NCBI GenBank assembly: GCA_027365835.1
Contig: DAHXLU010000051.1
Location: forward strand, 1-56,263
Length of the DNA: 56,263 nt
Source: Candidatus Dormiibacterota bacterium
GTDB taxonomy: Bacteria > Chloroflexota > Dormibacteria > Aeolococcales > Aeolococcaceae
Direction of reading: 5' to 3'
Shown here: positions 1-8,621 of the stretch, piece by piece
Position numbering within the stretch: position 1 is the stretch's first letter
How the letters are laid out: each line of letters opens with the position of its first letter
The notes under the pieces: model-generated
The model's input: only the letters and a program-made list of their open reading frames with translations
Told to the model about the DNA's origin: nothing
Databases searched by the model: none
Position numbers and translations under genes: made by a program

Positions 1-67
1 TATCTGATACATCGGGATATGCTTCGTTCGGCAGCACCTCCCAGAACCGCTCGCGGCCCGTGCTCAT
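1..67 (-). CDS. Possible N-terminus of a gene running off the left edge (MSTGRERFWEVLPNEAYPDVSD...)
   Basis: ATG at 67 on the minus strand with an open frame to the window edge and protein-like composition. Too short to assign. Confidence 0.3.
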   Translation of the reverse strand, partial: MSTGRERFWEVLPNEAYPDVSD

Positions 68-191
68 GCCGACCAGACACAGTTTCCACATTATCAACAG
101 CGGACATTCAGGTTTGTCTCAAAAACGGGGTCAACTCCAGCTTGGGTTTGTCTGTCGAATGTCCGCCCTCTGCCCTCACACTGCAAGTGTG

Positions 192-1301
192 ATGGAAGAA
201 GAGGAAGCTGCTCTGGCCATGCCATGGCAGCAGCGCAGCCACCTGCTGCCAATTGAGGCGCTCGCCCCTCTTGGTGCTGTCTCTGGTGTGCCCAAAGGAG
301 AATGGCCGAACCCGGTAGCGGCGCGTGCGCAGCAAGCTGCTCCCGCAGGCGAGGTGGGAGAGCCGGTGCAGCTACATCAGGGCCTACCTCCAGTCCGGTC
401 TCTTCCTGGGCGTGTGGTCGCCACGGGAGGCAGCGCGCAAGCCGATGCATCCGTGAGCCAGCCCTGGAGAGCATCACCGCAGTGGGCAGCAGAGCCAGGC
501 TACTCTCCTTATATGGCAGGTCTGGCACCCAACGGCGCAGACTTGCCGCAGCAGGATGATAATGCTGGTGGATCTGGCAGCTTTAGGCAATCTGGAGCGC
601 GGGATGCTGGGTCAGGAGAGGCTGCATGGCCTGCAGCGGGCACCTCAGGGAGCAGTAGCAGCAATCTGGGACTGCGTCCGGAACCATTTGGGTACCCCGG
701 CTCTCCCTATGGAGTCCCGGATGGGGGGGGCGAGGACGACATGGAGCTCGTCAATGAGCCACTGTTTGGGGTGCGCGAGGTGCTTGTCGCGGCTCCAGAG
801 AGGAGCGATGCTACGGTACTTTCAGAGTTAATTGCTGAGTCGGTGGCGGCCAACCGGAGGGATGGGAGTCCGGTGTTTGTCAACGGGGTCGATCAGGGAG
901 TGGCCCAGGGGCTTGTCCTTCATGGTGGTTCATACCGTGATGTACCCAACGTTGATCCAGACCGGATTGACCAGCTCATTGTCCTTGTGCCGCAGGGCCT
1001 TGACTCCACCTATGGAGCCTGTCGCCTGCTGGACTTTCTGCGGAGCCGCAAGAGTCCCCTTGCCGAGGGCGCAGTTGTGACCAAGGAGGTGGCCAGTGCA
1101 TCTGCCCAGCTGCTCGACCGGCAGCTTTCAGTTGGTGCGAGCGGAATTATCTATTTCGAGGCCGGGACGCTCCCGAAAAGTGGCGAGCAGCCACCCCGGC
1201 TCACACCGACGCGGGCCCCGGCAGCGCTGCAGCTTGCAGCTGTGGCCGTTGCTGGTCGGCATTCTTCCATTTGTCTGTCTGGCATTGGTGCCACAGTTTA
1301 G
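192..1301 (+). CDS. Pro/Gly-rich N-terminal region plus degenerate MinD/ParA-like domain (probable pseudo-ATPase)
   Basis: ORF 60..1301; start placed at ATG 192 (219 also possible). C-terminal DQLIVLVPQGLDSTYGACRLLDFL..LAEGAVV resembles the C-terminal half of actinobacterial MinD/ParA (EspI-type) proteins. No KGGxGKT Walker A is present. Confidence 0.55.
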   Translation: MEEEEAALAMPWQQRSHLLPIEALAPLGAVSGVPKGEWPNPVAARAQQAAPAGEVGEPVQLHQGLPPVRSLPGRVVATGGSAQADASVSQPWRASPQWAAEPGYSPYMAGLAPNGADLPQQDDNAGGSGSFRQSGARDAGSGEAAWPAAGTSGSSSSNLGLRPEPFGYPGSPYGVPDGGGEDDMELVNEPLFGVREVLVAAPERSDATVLSELIAESVAANRRDGSPVFVNGVDQGVAQGLVLHGGSYRDVPNVDPDRIDQLIVLVPQGLDSTYGACRLLDFLRSRKSPLAEGAVVTKEVASASAQLLDRQLSVGASGIIYFEAGTLPKSGEQPPRLTPTRAPAALQLAAVAVAGRHSSICLSGIGATV

Positions 1302-1333
1302 CCGTCAATAAGCAACGGGAAAAAGGAGAAAAC

Positions 1334-1636
1334 ATGGTGGGTAGTGCAATGGTAGCCGGGCTTGTATCAGTTACCCCGGCCAACAACGGATCGCTCATAG
1401 GCTTGACGACATTGCAGAATGTCACCAATGAGCTGGCTCTGATAGCTCTGGTAGCCTGCGCGGTTGCAGCCATTGTCGGAGCCCTTCGCTGGGCGTTTGG
1501 CGCTGGCTCAACCAATGTCAATGAGGCTGCAGCAGGAAAGAAGATGGTGGTAGGGGCAGTGGTCGGCGCGGTGATAATTGGTGCCGCGGCAACCATCATC
1601 AACTTCGCATACACCGCCGGCACCGCTCTCAAGTAA
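1334..1636 (+). CDS. VirB2/TrbC-like conjugal pilin-like membrane protein (DUF6112-like)
   Basis: RBS AAGGAG before ATG 1334. 100 aa with two hydrophobic helices joined by WAFGAGSTN..GKK, typical of small pilin-like proteins in actinobacterial conjugation clusters. Sits upstream of the VirB6-like gene. Confidence 0.7.
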   Translation: MVGSAMVAGLVSVTPANNGSLIGLTTLQNVTNELALIALVACAVAAIVGALRWAFGAGSTNVNEAAAGKKMVVGAVVGAVIIGAAATIINFAYTAGTALK

Positions 1637-1652
1637 GAGGAGAAAGCCGAGG

Positions 1653-3104
1653 GTGAATGCACCACAGCGTGCTCACCTGCTAGCCAGATTTACCAGGGGA
1701 CACACACGGTTAGAGACTGAGACAAAGCAACACTACGGGCCCGGCCCTGCAGCACGCCGCATTGCGGCTGCTGTGGGGGCCGCCCTGTTGCTGCTCTATG
1801 TGTCCCCGGCCCTGGTGCACGCGGCGACACCGACCCCTTCTCCTTCAGCGGGCCCCATCTGCAGTCTGCCGCTGATAAATGGCGAGTGTACAGCTGGGTC
1901 AACTATCGGGGGGTCCTTGCCCAGTTTGCCAAATCCCGTGGCTGATCTCGGAACGACGATCGCCAATGCAGTATTTGGCTATCTCCAGACTACAACCGCA
2001 AGCGCGGCGCTCTGGGCGCTGCAGCAGGTTGGCCACTTTATCAATACCAATACAGAGCCTAATCTGACTGCGTCATGGTTTGAATCCAACTACAGTGTGA
2101 TGCTGCTCATTGGGATAACCATGATGGTTCCAATCCTGATCATTGCCTGCGTCCGTGCGGCCATGACCGGGAATCCTGGTATCGCCATCAAGGCTGGGGT
2201 AGTCTATGTTCCCGCCTGCATAATAGGCTCGATGGCAGCCATCTTTGGCGTGGATACGATGCTAAAGATAACCAATGGCCTGTCTTCACTCGTATATGGA
2301 AGTACGAACCAGAATTTCATCTCCTTTGCCACCAATGTTGGCAAGGTGCTTTCGGGGAACACCGTGCTTGCGCCGGTGTTTGTCCTCATAATGAGCGCGG
2401 TTGCGATCCTCATTTTTGGCTTTATCATATTCCTGGAGTTGCTGATGCGGGAAGCTGCCATATATCTGGTGGTGCTCTTTGTACCGCTGGCAATGGCCGC
2501 AGCGGTGATGCCAGACATCGGCCTGTTCATCGTGGGCCCAAAGCTGGCGCGCCGTGGCGTGGATCTCCTTATGACCCTGATCCTCTCGAAGTTCATCATT
2601 GTAGTAGTGCTGTCCCTGATTGTTTCCGGGCTTGCGGCTTCGGCGGCGAGTGGCGGATTTGTAGCGCTCATGGTAGGAGTGGTCCTGCTGGCGCTGGCCG
2701 CATACGCTCCGTACAAGCTCTTCATGATGATTCCGGCAATGGAAAGTGTGGCAAGGGTGCACACCAGTTCTGGCGGCGGTGCGGCCACGACTGGTATTGC
2801 GGTCTCCTCAGGGGCAGTATATGCCAGGGTGCGCAGGGACAACGAGGCACGCATGGGGGTTGGATCCACCATGATGGCTGGCCCAGCGGTATCGCGGAGC
2901 GGGGGTGGAGCTGCCAGCAATGTAGCGCGGCAGGCTTCCTCGGTTATGCGCGGTGCGATGCGCCAGTCGCCTACGCTTACCGCCGCCAAGTATGTAGGGA
3001 TGAACGAACCTGCAATTCTTCAGTCGACACCACCGATTCCGCCTACAACCGGCAAAAGCGGGACGATTATCGGAAAAATCAGCAAACCGCCGCGGAGTAA
3101 ATAG
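1653..3104 (+). CDS. VirB6/TrbL-like polytopic type IV secretion membrane protein
   Basis: GTG 1653 in ORF 1578..3104. Multiple TM helices, motif ELLMREAAIYLVVLFVPLA typical of actinobacterial TrbL-like proteins, Gly/Ala-rich tail, operon context. Confidence 0.75.
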   Translation: MNAPQRAHLLARFTRGHTRLETETKQHYGPGPAARRIAAAVGAALLLLYVSPALVHAATPTPSPSAGPICSLPLINGECTAGSTIGGSLPSLPNPVADLGTTIANAVFGYLQTTTASAALWALQQVGHFINTNTEPNLTASWFESNYSVMLLIGITMMVPILIIACVRAAMTGNPGIAIKAGVVYVPACIIGSMAAIFGVDTMLKITNGLSSLVYGSTNQNFISFATNVGKVLSGNTVLAPVFVLIMSAVAILIFGFIIFLELLMREAAIYLVVLFVPLAMAAAVMPDIGLFIVGPKLARRGVDLLMTLILSKFIIVVVLSLIVSGLAASAASGGFVALMVGVVLLALAAYAPYKLFMMIPAMESVARVHTSSGGGAATTGIAVSSGAVYARVRRDNEARMGVGSTMMAGPAVSRSGGGAASNVARQASSVMRGAMRQSPTLTAAKYVGMNEPAILQSTPPIPPTTGKSGTIIGKISKPPRSK

Positions 3105-3106
3105 AG

Positions 3107-4591
3107 ATGGCTGAACAACGACTTTACCGATTTGGGCCCCTGGAGCGGCATGGCCTTATTTTTGGGCTGACCGGCGGCCAGCTTGGTGTGGGGCTGGGAG
3201 GCGTGTTCCTTACCCTTGTGGACATGCATATTTTTTCTACCGTGCCAGCGAGCCTGCTGGCCGTTCTTATTCTCACCCTGTCGGGTGGCATCGCCTTTAT
3301 GGGGATGAACGGGCGTGCCCTGTACGAGTGGATACCAGTGATGGCGAAATGGATGGTCAGAAAGAACCGGGGGGAGACAACTGTCGCCTCGCGCGCTCAC
3401 CTGGCTGGGCAGAGCATCCGTACACGGCAGTCCATCGAGGGGCCGGGCGCGCTGGCGGGCCTCACTATAATCTCGGCCCAGCTTCCAACCGGGGAGTTTG
3501 GTGTCATAAAGGACTCATACAGCAACACTTACACTGCAGTGGTGTCGGTCCGTGGTCGCTCATTTGCGCTGCTGGACCACGAAGAAAAGCGCAGGCTGCT
3601 CTCCCAGTGGGCAGATGTCCTTGCTGGGGTTGGCAGGGAAGGATCTCCCATAACCAGGGTGCAGTGGATCGAGCGCACCCTTCCAGAGACGGGCGACACA
3701 GTTGCCCAGTATATGCGGGAAGCAGTCGCTCTTCCCCGCAATTCTCCCGCGGTCCAGAGCTACCTTGAGCTGATTTCGGAAGCGGGCCCGGTTAGTCAGC
3801 AACATGAGGCGTTCATTGCGTTGCAGGTCGATGCCATGCGTGCACGTCGCTCGCTGCGTACCACCAATCTGGTGGGGGACGAGGGACCCTGCATCGTGCT
3901 GGGGAGGGAGATAAGCGGCTTTGCCTCGCGGCTGCAGAGCGCCGAGCTGGATGTTCTGGGAGTGCTGACACCACGGATTCTGGGACAGGTCATACGGGTG
4001 GCATATGACCCTGAGAGCCGCCACGCACTTGCCCGCCAGTCGCTGGTATCGCCCGAGATTGCCGGAGTGGCACCACACAATGCGTGGCCGCTGGTATGTG
4101 ACACTGCCTGGACCCACATGCGCTCTGACAGTGCCTTCAATGCCACCTACTGGTGCGCTGAGTGGCCGCGGATTGAGGTGGGTCCTGATTTCCTGGCTCC
4201 GCTTCTGCTCCAGACGTGGGCGCAGCGGACAGTGTCTGTGACCATGGAGGTGGTTTCTCCCATAAAGGCACAACGGGATGTGGAGGCGGCGCGCACGGCC
4301 AACATTACAGATGAGGAGATGCGCAACAAGGCAGGCTTTGTGACCACAGTCAGGAGGCAGCGCGAGCAGGAGAACGTAGTGCGCCGGGAGCAGGAGCTGG
4401 CAGATGGCCATACTGACGTGCGGTTTAGTGGCTATGTGACTGTAACGGCTGACAGCGAGGACGAGCTGGAGCTTGCCTGCGCCGAAGTGGAGCAGCAGGC
4501 GAGCCAGTCACGTCTGGTCTTGCGTCGCCTTCTGGGAGAGCAGGACGTTGCCTTTACCTATACACTTCCACTCTGCCGGGGGCTCAAGTGA
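3107..4591 (+). CDS. PrgI/SCO6880-family conjugal transfer protein (VirB3-like N-terminus)
   Basis: N-terminal YRFGPLERHGLIFGLTGGQL plus 2 TM helices. Motifs RVQWIERT, YWCAEWPR, ELADGH..VRFSGYVTVTA and TLPLCRGL. GTGA overlap with the next gene. Confidence 0.8.
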   Translation: MAEQRLYRFGPLERHGLIFGLTGGQLGVGLGGVFLTLVDMHIFSTVPASLLAVLILTLSGGIAFMGMNGRALYEWIPVMAKWMVRKNRGETTVASRAHLAGQSIRTRQSIEGPGALAGLTIISAQLPTGEFGVIKDSYSNTYTAVVSVRGRSFALLDHEEKRRLLSQWADVLAGVGREGSPITRVQWIERTLPETGDTVAQYMREAVALPRNSPAVQSYLELISEAGPVSQQHEAFIALQVDAMRARRSLRTTNLVGDEGPCIVLGREISGFASRLQSAELDVLGVLTPRILGQVIRVAYDPESRHALARQSLVSPEIAGVAPHNAWPLVCDTAWTHMRSDSAFNATYWCAEWPRIEVGPDFLAPLLLQTWAQRTVSVTMEVVSPIKAQRDVEAARTANITDEEMRNKAGFVTTVRRQREQENVVRREQELADGHTDVRFSGYVTVTADSEDELELACAEVEQQASQSRLVLRRLLGEQDVAFTYTLPLCRGLK

Positions 4592-6108
4592 AGGTCACCC
4601 ATAAATCCAGACAGCGTGCCCATCGGGTAACGACCGCCCATTTCCAGGCCGCGTATCCCTTCATCTCTGAGGGAGGCCTGGGAGGACGGGGGGCGTACAT
4701 CGGCCAGGATATCTTCGGGGGGGCATTCTGTTACGACCCCTGGGAGCTGTATGGCAAGGCGCTCAGTGGTCCCAACATGCTCATCATCGGGCAGATAGGC
4801 TTTGGAAAGAGTTCTCTGGTAAAGAGCTATGTCTGGCGGCAGCTTGTGTTTGGGCGCAGGGCGGTGATGCTGGATCCCAAGGGGGAGAATGGTCCGCTCT
4901 GCGCAGCAGTTGGGGTGGAACCACTAAAACTGGAACCCGGCGGCAGCATCCGGCTGAATCCCCTGGACACCAAGGTTGGTGACCCCAACCGTCCTCCTGA
5001 GCAGATGACCCAGGACCAGATGGGGGTCCTGTCAGCGGTGATATCTGCCTCCCTGTTGCGTCCGCTTGGTCCTGAGGAGAGGGCGGCATGTCGTGTGGCG
5101 CTGGAGACCGCTACTGCGATGCAGGGCGGTGAACCAACGCTTCCTGGGGTCGTGGAGGCTTTGCTCCGTCCCACCGAGCAGGGTGCGAGGAGGCTTGCTA
5201 CAACTCCTTCCGAGCTGGCGGCAGCCAGCCGGCAGGTGGCACTGGAACTGCAGCGTCTCTGTGAGGGGGATCTTCGCGGCATGTTCGACGGTCCGACGTC
5301 CGGGGAGATAGACCTTTCATCACCACTTGTTTCTTTTGACCTTACCGCTGTGTACCAGTCAGAAGCCCTTGGCATATTGATGGTGTGTGCGGCAGCGTGG
5401 CTGCAGCGTGCACTTTCGCGGCCTGAGCCGACCAAGCGCATTCTGGTGCTCGATGAGGCCTGGGTCTGCCTGAGAAATGTGGCGATTGCCCGCTGGCTGC
5501 AGGCTAGCTACAAGCTGGCACGGGCATACGGCGTGCAGAATATTGCGGTCGTTCACAGGCTGTCGGATCTTACAGCGGCTGGTGATTCTGGCAGTGAGCA
5601 GGTGCAGCTGGCACGTGGCTTGCTGTCTGATTCCGAGACCAGGGTTATCTATTACCAGGCACCTGGAGACGTGGCGGCAGCGAGAGAGTTGCTGGGCTTT
5701 AGCGATAGCGAGGCTGAAATTATTCCTACCCTGCGGCGCGGCCAGGCGCTCTGGAAAGTAGGTACCCGAAGTTTTCTGGTACAGCACCGCTACGGCCCCA
5801 GCGAGAAGAAGATCATTGATACCGATGCCCGCATGAACGTCGAGGAGCTGGTGGGTGCCAGGGAAGGTGCCGAGAGCCCCTCCGACGAAGCCTTTGCACA
5901 TCTTGACCAGGTAGCTGGACGCTCTGTGAGCGAACTGCTTACCGGTCAGCCCCAGTTGCCACCTGGGACCTGGGATGTCGGAGAATCAGCCGATCCAGGA
6001 GCAGAGCCCAGTGCTCACGATCTCCCGGGCAGCAGCTGGGACCTGAGCCGCCTGCCTGCTGAGCTTGAGGTTCCGGGGATAAAAGAACAGCTGCCCCAGT
6101 CGCCCTGA
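4588..6108 (+). CDS. VirB4-like conjugal transfer ATPase
   Basis: Walker A GQIGFGKS, LDPKGE, Walker B ILVLDEAW, KLARAYGV..IAVVHRLSDL. Translationally coupled to the SCO6880-like gene. Confidence 0.85.
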   Translation: MKVTHKSRQRAHRVTTAHFQAAYPFISEGGLGGRGAYIGQDIFGGAFCYDPWELYGKALSGPNMLIIGQIGFGKSSLVKSYVWRQLVFGRRAVMLDPKGENGPLCAAVGVEPLKLEPGGSIRLNPLDTKVGDPNRPPEQMTQDQMGVLSAVISASLLRPLGPEERAACRVALETATAMQGGEPTLPGVVEALLRPTEQGARRLATTPSELAAASRQVALELQRLCEGDLRGMFDGPTSGEIDLSSPLVSFDLTAVYQSEALGILMVCAAAWLQRALSRPEPTKRILVLDEAWVCLRNVAIARWLQASYKLARAYGVQNIAVVHRLSDLTAAGDSGSEQVQLARGLLSDSETRVIYYQAPGDVAAARELLGFSDSEAEIIPTLRRGQALWKVGTRSFLVQHRYGPSEKKIIDTDARMNVEELVGAREGAESPSDEAFAHLDQVAGRSVSELLTGQPQLPPGTWDVGESADPGAEPSAHDLPGSSWDLSRLPAELEVPGIKEQLPQSP

Positions 6109-6179
6109 TCCTGCAATTTCTGGCGAAGATCAGGGCTGGGACAGCCGTCCTTGAATAGGACCGGTTTAAGGTCCGCTCT

Positions 6180-6617
6180 CTATTGCGAGTTCACCCGGTG
6201 CTGTACTGCGAGGATCCGGATGAGTTTCATCACCGCAAACGCTGCAGCGGTGTAAACCACCAGTGCCACGATGTCAGCAATTGCCAGATACTGCGGCCAG
6301 ATGTTCTGGAATGGTGATGCGAGCGAGCCACCTACGCTAAAGATGAACGCTGCAAAACCTACATCATGCGCTGCAGACACCTGGAAGATGAATGCCAGGG
6401 CAAGGATTACGTCCACGATGCCAATAGCCAGCGATACAAGCTCCACGCCTACATAGCCAGCAGGGACCATAGTCTTTTCTGCAGCGGGAGCGGCAACTAC
6501 CGGTGTCGTGGTGGCCATTTGTGCAGGCATCTGGGAAGCTGGCTGCTGGGGCGTCGAACTGGATTGCGCTACGGGCGTACCCACTATGGTCGTCTGCGGT
6601 TCGGTTGGTTGTGTCAT
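6180..6617 (-). CDS. YggT-like small membrane protein
   Basis: RBS AAGGAG before ATG 6617. Thr/Pro/Gln-rich N-terminus followed by TM helices with GFAAFIFSVGGSLASPFQNIW, resembling the YggT-like F..FI..(T).PL..PF pattern. Confidence 0.6.
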   Translation of the reverse strand: MTQPTEPQTTIVGTPVAQSSSTPQQPASQMPAQMATTTPVVAAPAAEKTMVPAGYVGVELVSLAIGIVDVILALAFIFQVSAAHDVGFAAFIFSVGGSLASPFQNIWPQYLAIADIVALVVYTAAAFAVMKLIRILAVQHRVNSQ

Positions 6618-6689
6618 CTGTCTGTCTCCTTGGTCCTGCAGCATCCACCGTATTCAAGGTGGATTTAACTGCTTCTACGTGACTAGATG

Positions 6690-6698
6690 ATTATAGCA
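6690..6698 (-). promoter_or_regulatory. Extended -10 housekeeping promoter element (TGCTATAAT) for the YggT-like gene
   Basis: ATTATAGCA on + reads TGCTATAAT on -, within an AT-rich patch about 70 bp upstream of the start. Confidence 0.5.
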
Positions 6699-7177
6699 TT
6701 GATATAGCAATAGCGCAAGGTATAGATATAATGTAAGCAAGGTAGGAGGTTTAGGTACAAGGACGTGTCCTTTGGTCTGCTTTCTGGAGCTGGACAGATC
6801 GCTGGACTTGCTGGACCTGTATGAATGCCCTCCATCCTGCCTGGAGTGTTGCCTCCAGATTGATGTATGTGTAGCGCTCATTTGACCCTGCAGGTTTCCA
6901 GGGGTGGGAGTAGCAGCGATGCATTGCAGTGATCAGGGCAGCGGATTGCCTGGTGGGCTCATCCATGCGGTGGAACCTCCTGCTGTTGGGCAGGGAGATC
7001 CATCCTCGGTGCCAGCAGTGGGACTCTCTGGTCTGCCTGGCCCTGCGATAGCTCCTCACTTATGGGGCCAGGCTGTTCCTTGCGCCATACGCTTGCACTT
7101 TCTACACCTGCACATTTGACGCAATTTTTGAAGACATTGCATGGTGTGCCTTGTTTCTGGGACCAATTTTGACCAAT

Positions 7178-7209
7178 ATTGAACCTTTTTCCCACTTTTT
7201 ACTACTCAT
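7178..7209 (+). repeat. Left copy of 32-bp inverted repeat / putative ECF-type promoter (TGAACC...CTACT)
   Basis: ATTGAACCTTTTTCCCACTTTTTACTACTCAT matches the reverse complement of 11679..11710 at 27/32 positions, ungapped. Confidence 0.7.
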
Positions 7210-7213
7210 TAAT

Positions 7214-7495
7214 ATGAGGACCATAACAGGACAGCTGCCAGGGGACCGCAACGGGCGCAAGCCAGGTGCGGTGGCGAGCCATCCACAGCGGCTACCTGAG
7301 GGTCCCTGGAAGCTGGCCGTACTGATGGCGGCGGTGGTGGCAAGGCTCCATTGGGGCCATTTCCTTTCTGGGCAGGGTCTGACTCGCCGTCTTGCACTTA
7401 TGGTCGGTCTGGTCCTGCTTGTAGATCTTGGGATATTTCTGGTGGCCATCCATTTTGGCAACGCCACGGTAGTGCAGTGTTCCACCCAGTGTTGA
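7214..7495 (+). CDS. Small hypothetical membrane protein, possibly leaderless
   Basis: ATG 7214 lies a few nt after the putative -10 element, with no RBS. One clear TM segment (LALMVGLVLLVDLGIFLVAIHF) and a C-terminal CSTQC. Confidence 0.4.
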   Translation: MRTITGQLPGDRNGRKPGAVASHPQRLPEGPWKLAVLMAAVVARLHWGHFLSGQGLTRRLALMVGLVLLVDLGIFLVAIHFGNATVVQCSTQC

Positions 7496-7555
7496 TCTTT
7501 CTCTCCAACAGGCTGGTGCGGGTACCTCCAACCACCCGCAGACCGGCAAGCCCCT

Positions 7556-7583
7556 GGGGCGCCCCGCTTGGAAGGGGCGCCCC
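7556..7583. terminator. GC-rich hairpin between convergent genes
   Basis: GGGGCGCCCC-GCTTGGAA-GGGGCGCCCC. Two copies of a self-complementary 10-mer can form a 10-bp stem; no clear U-tract. Confidence 0.4.
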
Positions 7584-7620
7584 TTCCTGGGCTGCACAGG
7601 GAAAGGCGCAAGGGATACCC

Positions 7621-8475
7621 TCAGTCAGCACCGTCCAGAAGCGTGAGCAGGCCCACAGCTATCCCAGGTTCGGGTAGTCCACATCTGGGGCAGGCGACTC
7701 CTGGGCTTGGAATGTTGAGCCAGTAGCCGTCTACATAGCTTCTTGTCGAGTTGACATCTGCATACAGTTCTTGTGCGGTTACGGCCCCTGCTGGAGGGTT
7801 GGTACTGAGTCCGGCAATGACGACCACAGCAGGATTTAGCTTGCGCGCAGCGGCGGCTTCTGTTCTGACGTAGCTTGCATAGATGGCCGGATTCTTCTCC
7901 CTGCTTTGCGCCTGTATGTCCAGAAAGGATGCGTATCTGGCCCCATATACGGGATTTCCATACGCGGGTAGATTCCCCAGCTGGACATACTGTAGGTGGT
8001 GGGCAGCGGCAACACTCGCAGCCAGTGCCTCGTAGTGCGCCGGATCTGCCCGCTCGGCAGATGGGGTCAGGTTCCATGCCTCGTTGTCATACCCGACTGC
8101 AAAGACAGACGCAGGCACTTTCCCATTTTCAACCGTTTTGGCAAGCTCCGCCTCGCTCGTAAAACCTAGAATGCCGCGCACCGCCCAGTGAGCCGGGATC
8201 CCTGCTCCCCTGGAATTGACAATGACAAGGGTGGAGCTCCGGTTGAGGGCGGCGCGCGCTGCTGGTGCTGCCGCAATAAGCCTGAGTGCCGACCCGGATA
8301 TCAACCAGAGAGGCTCACCTCCGGCAGTTCCAGGAGCTCCGGTCCGGAGTGCAGGAGTTGCATGTGTGCTGGATGCTGGTGCTCGCGCACCACCGCAGGC
8401 TGTAATGCCAGTGGACAGGGCAAGCACAGCAAGTGCAGATGCAGTAAAAGAAGTAATGCGGTGTGCTGGTCTCAT
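7621..8475 (-). CDS. Putative lipoprotein with glycoside-hydrolase-like (TIM barrel) domain
   Basis: Signal peptide with lipobox GITAC, alternating beta/alpha pattern, GYDNEAW, DIQAQ, DGYWLNIP, and C-terminal CPRC. Confidence 0.6.
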   Translation of the reverse strand: MRPAHRITSFTASALAVLALSTGITACGGARAPASSTHATPALRTGAPGTAGGEPLWLISGSALRLIAAAPAARAALNRSSTLVIVNSRGAGIPAHWAVRGILGFTSEAELAKTVENGKVPASVFAVGYDNEAWNLTPSAERADPAHYEALAASVAAAHHLQYVQLGNLPAYGNPVYGARYASFLDIQAQSREKNPAIYASYVRTEAAAARKLNPAVVVIAGLSTNPPAGAVTAQELYADVNSTRSYVDGYWLNIPSPGVACPRCGLPEPGIAVGLLTLLDGAD

Positions 8476-8621
8476 GGAGGGTACTGCCCAATATAGCTAC
8501 TTGCCCATGCAGGGTGGAGAGGTGTGGGCCCTGCGCACAGTGCTTTCGTCCTCCAGGCTGGGTGGAGCCAGTGGCTCCACCCAGCGTATGATCCTGTTCC
8601 GCACTGCAACGGCAGGGTCAG

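Noticed and set aside
60-191. N-terminal extension of the first ORF from GTG 60
   Set aside because: No RBS, and it would overlap a probable divergent gene start at 67; a later ATG is more plausible.
6102-6136. Inverted repeat GCCCTGATC...GATCAGGGC after the VirB4-like gene as an att site or oriT
   Set aside because: Only a 9-bp stem with a 17-nt loop overlapping the stop codon, and no second copy. At most a weak terminator.
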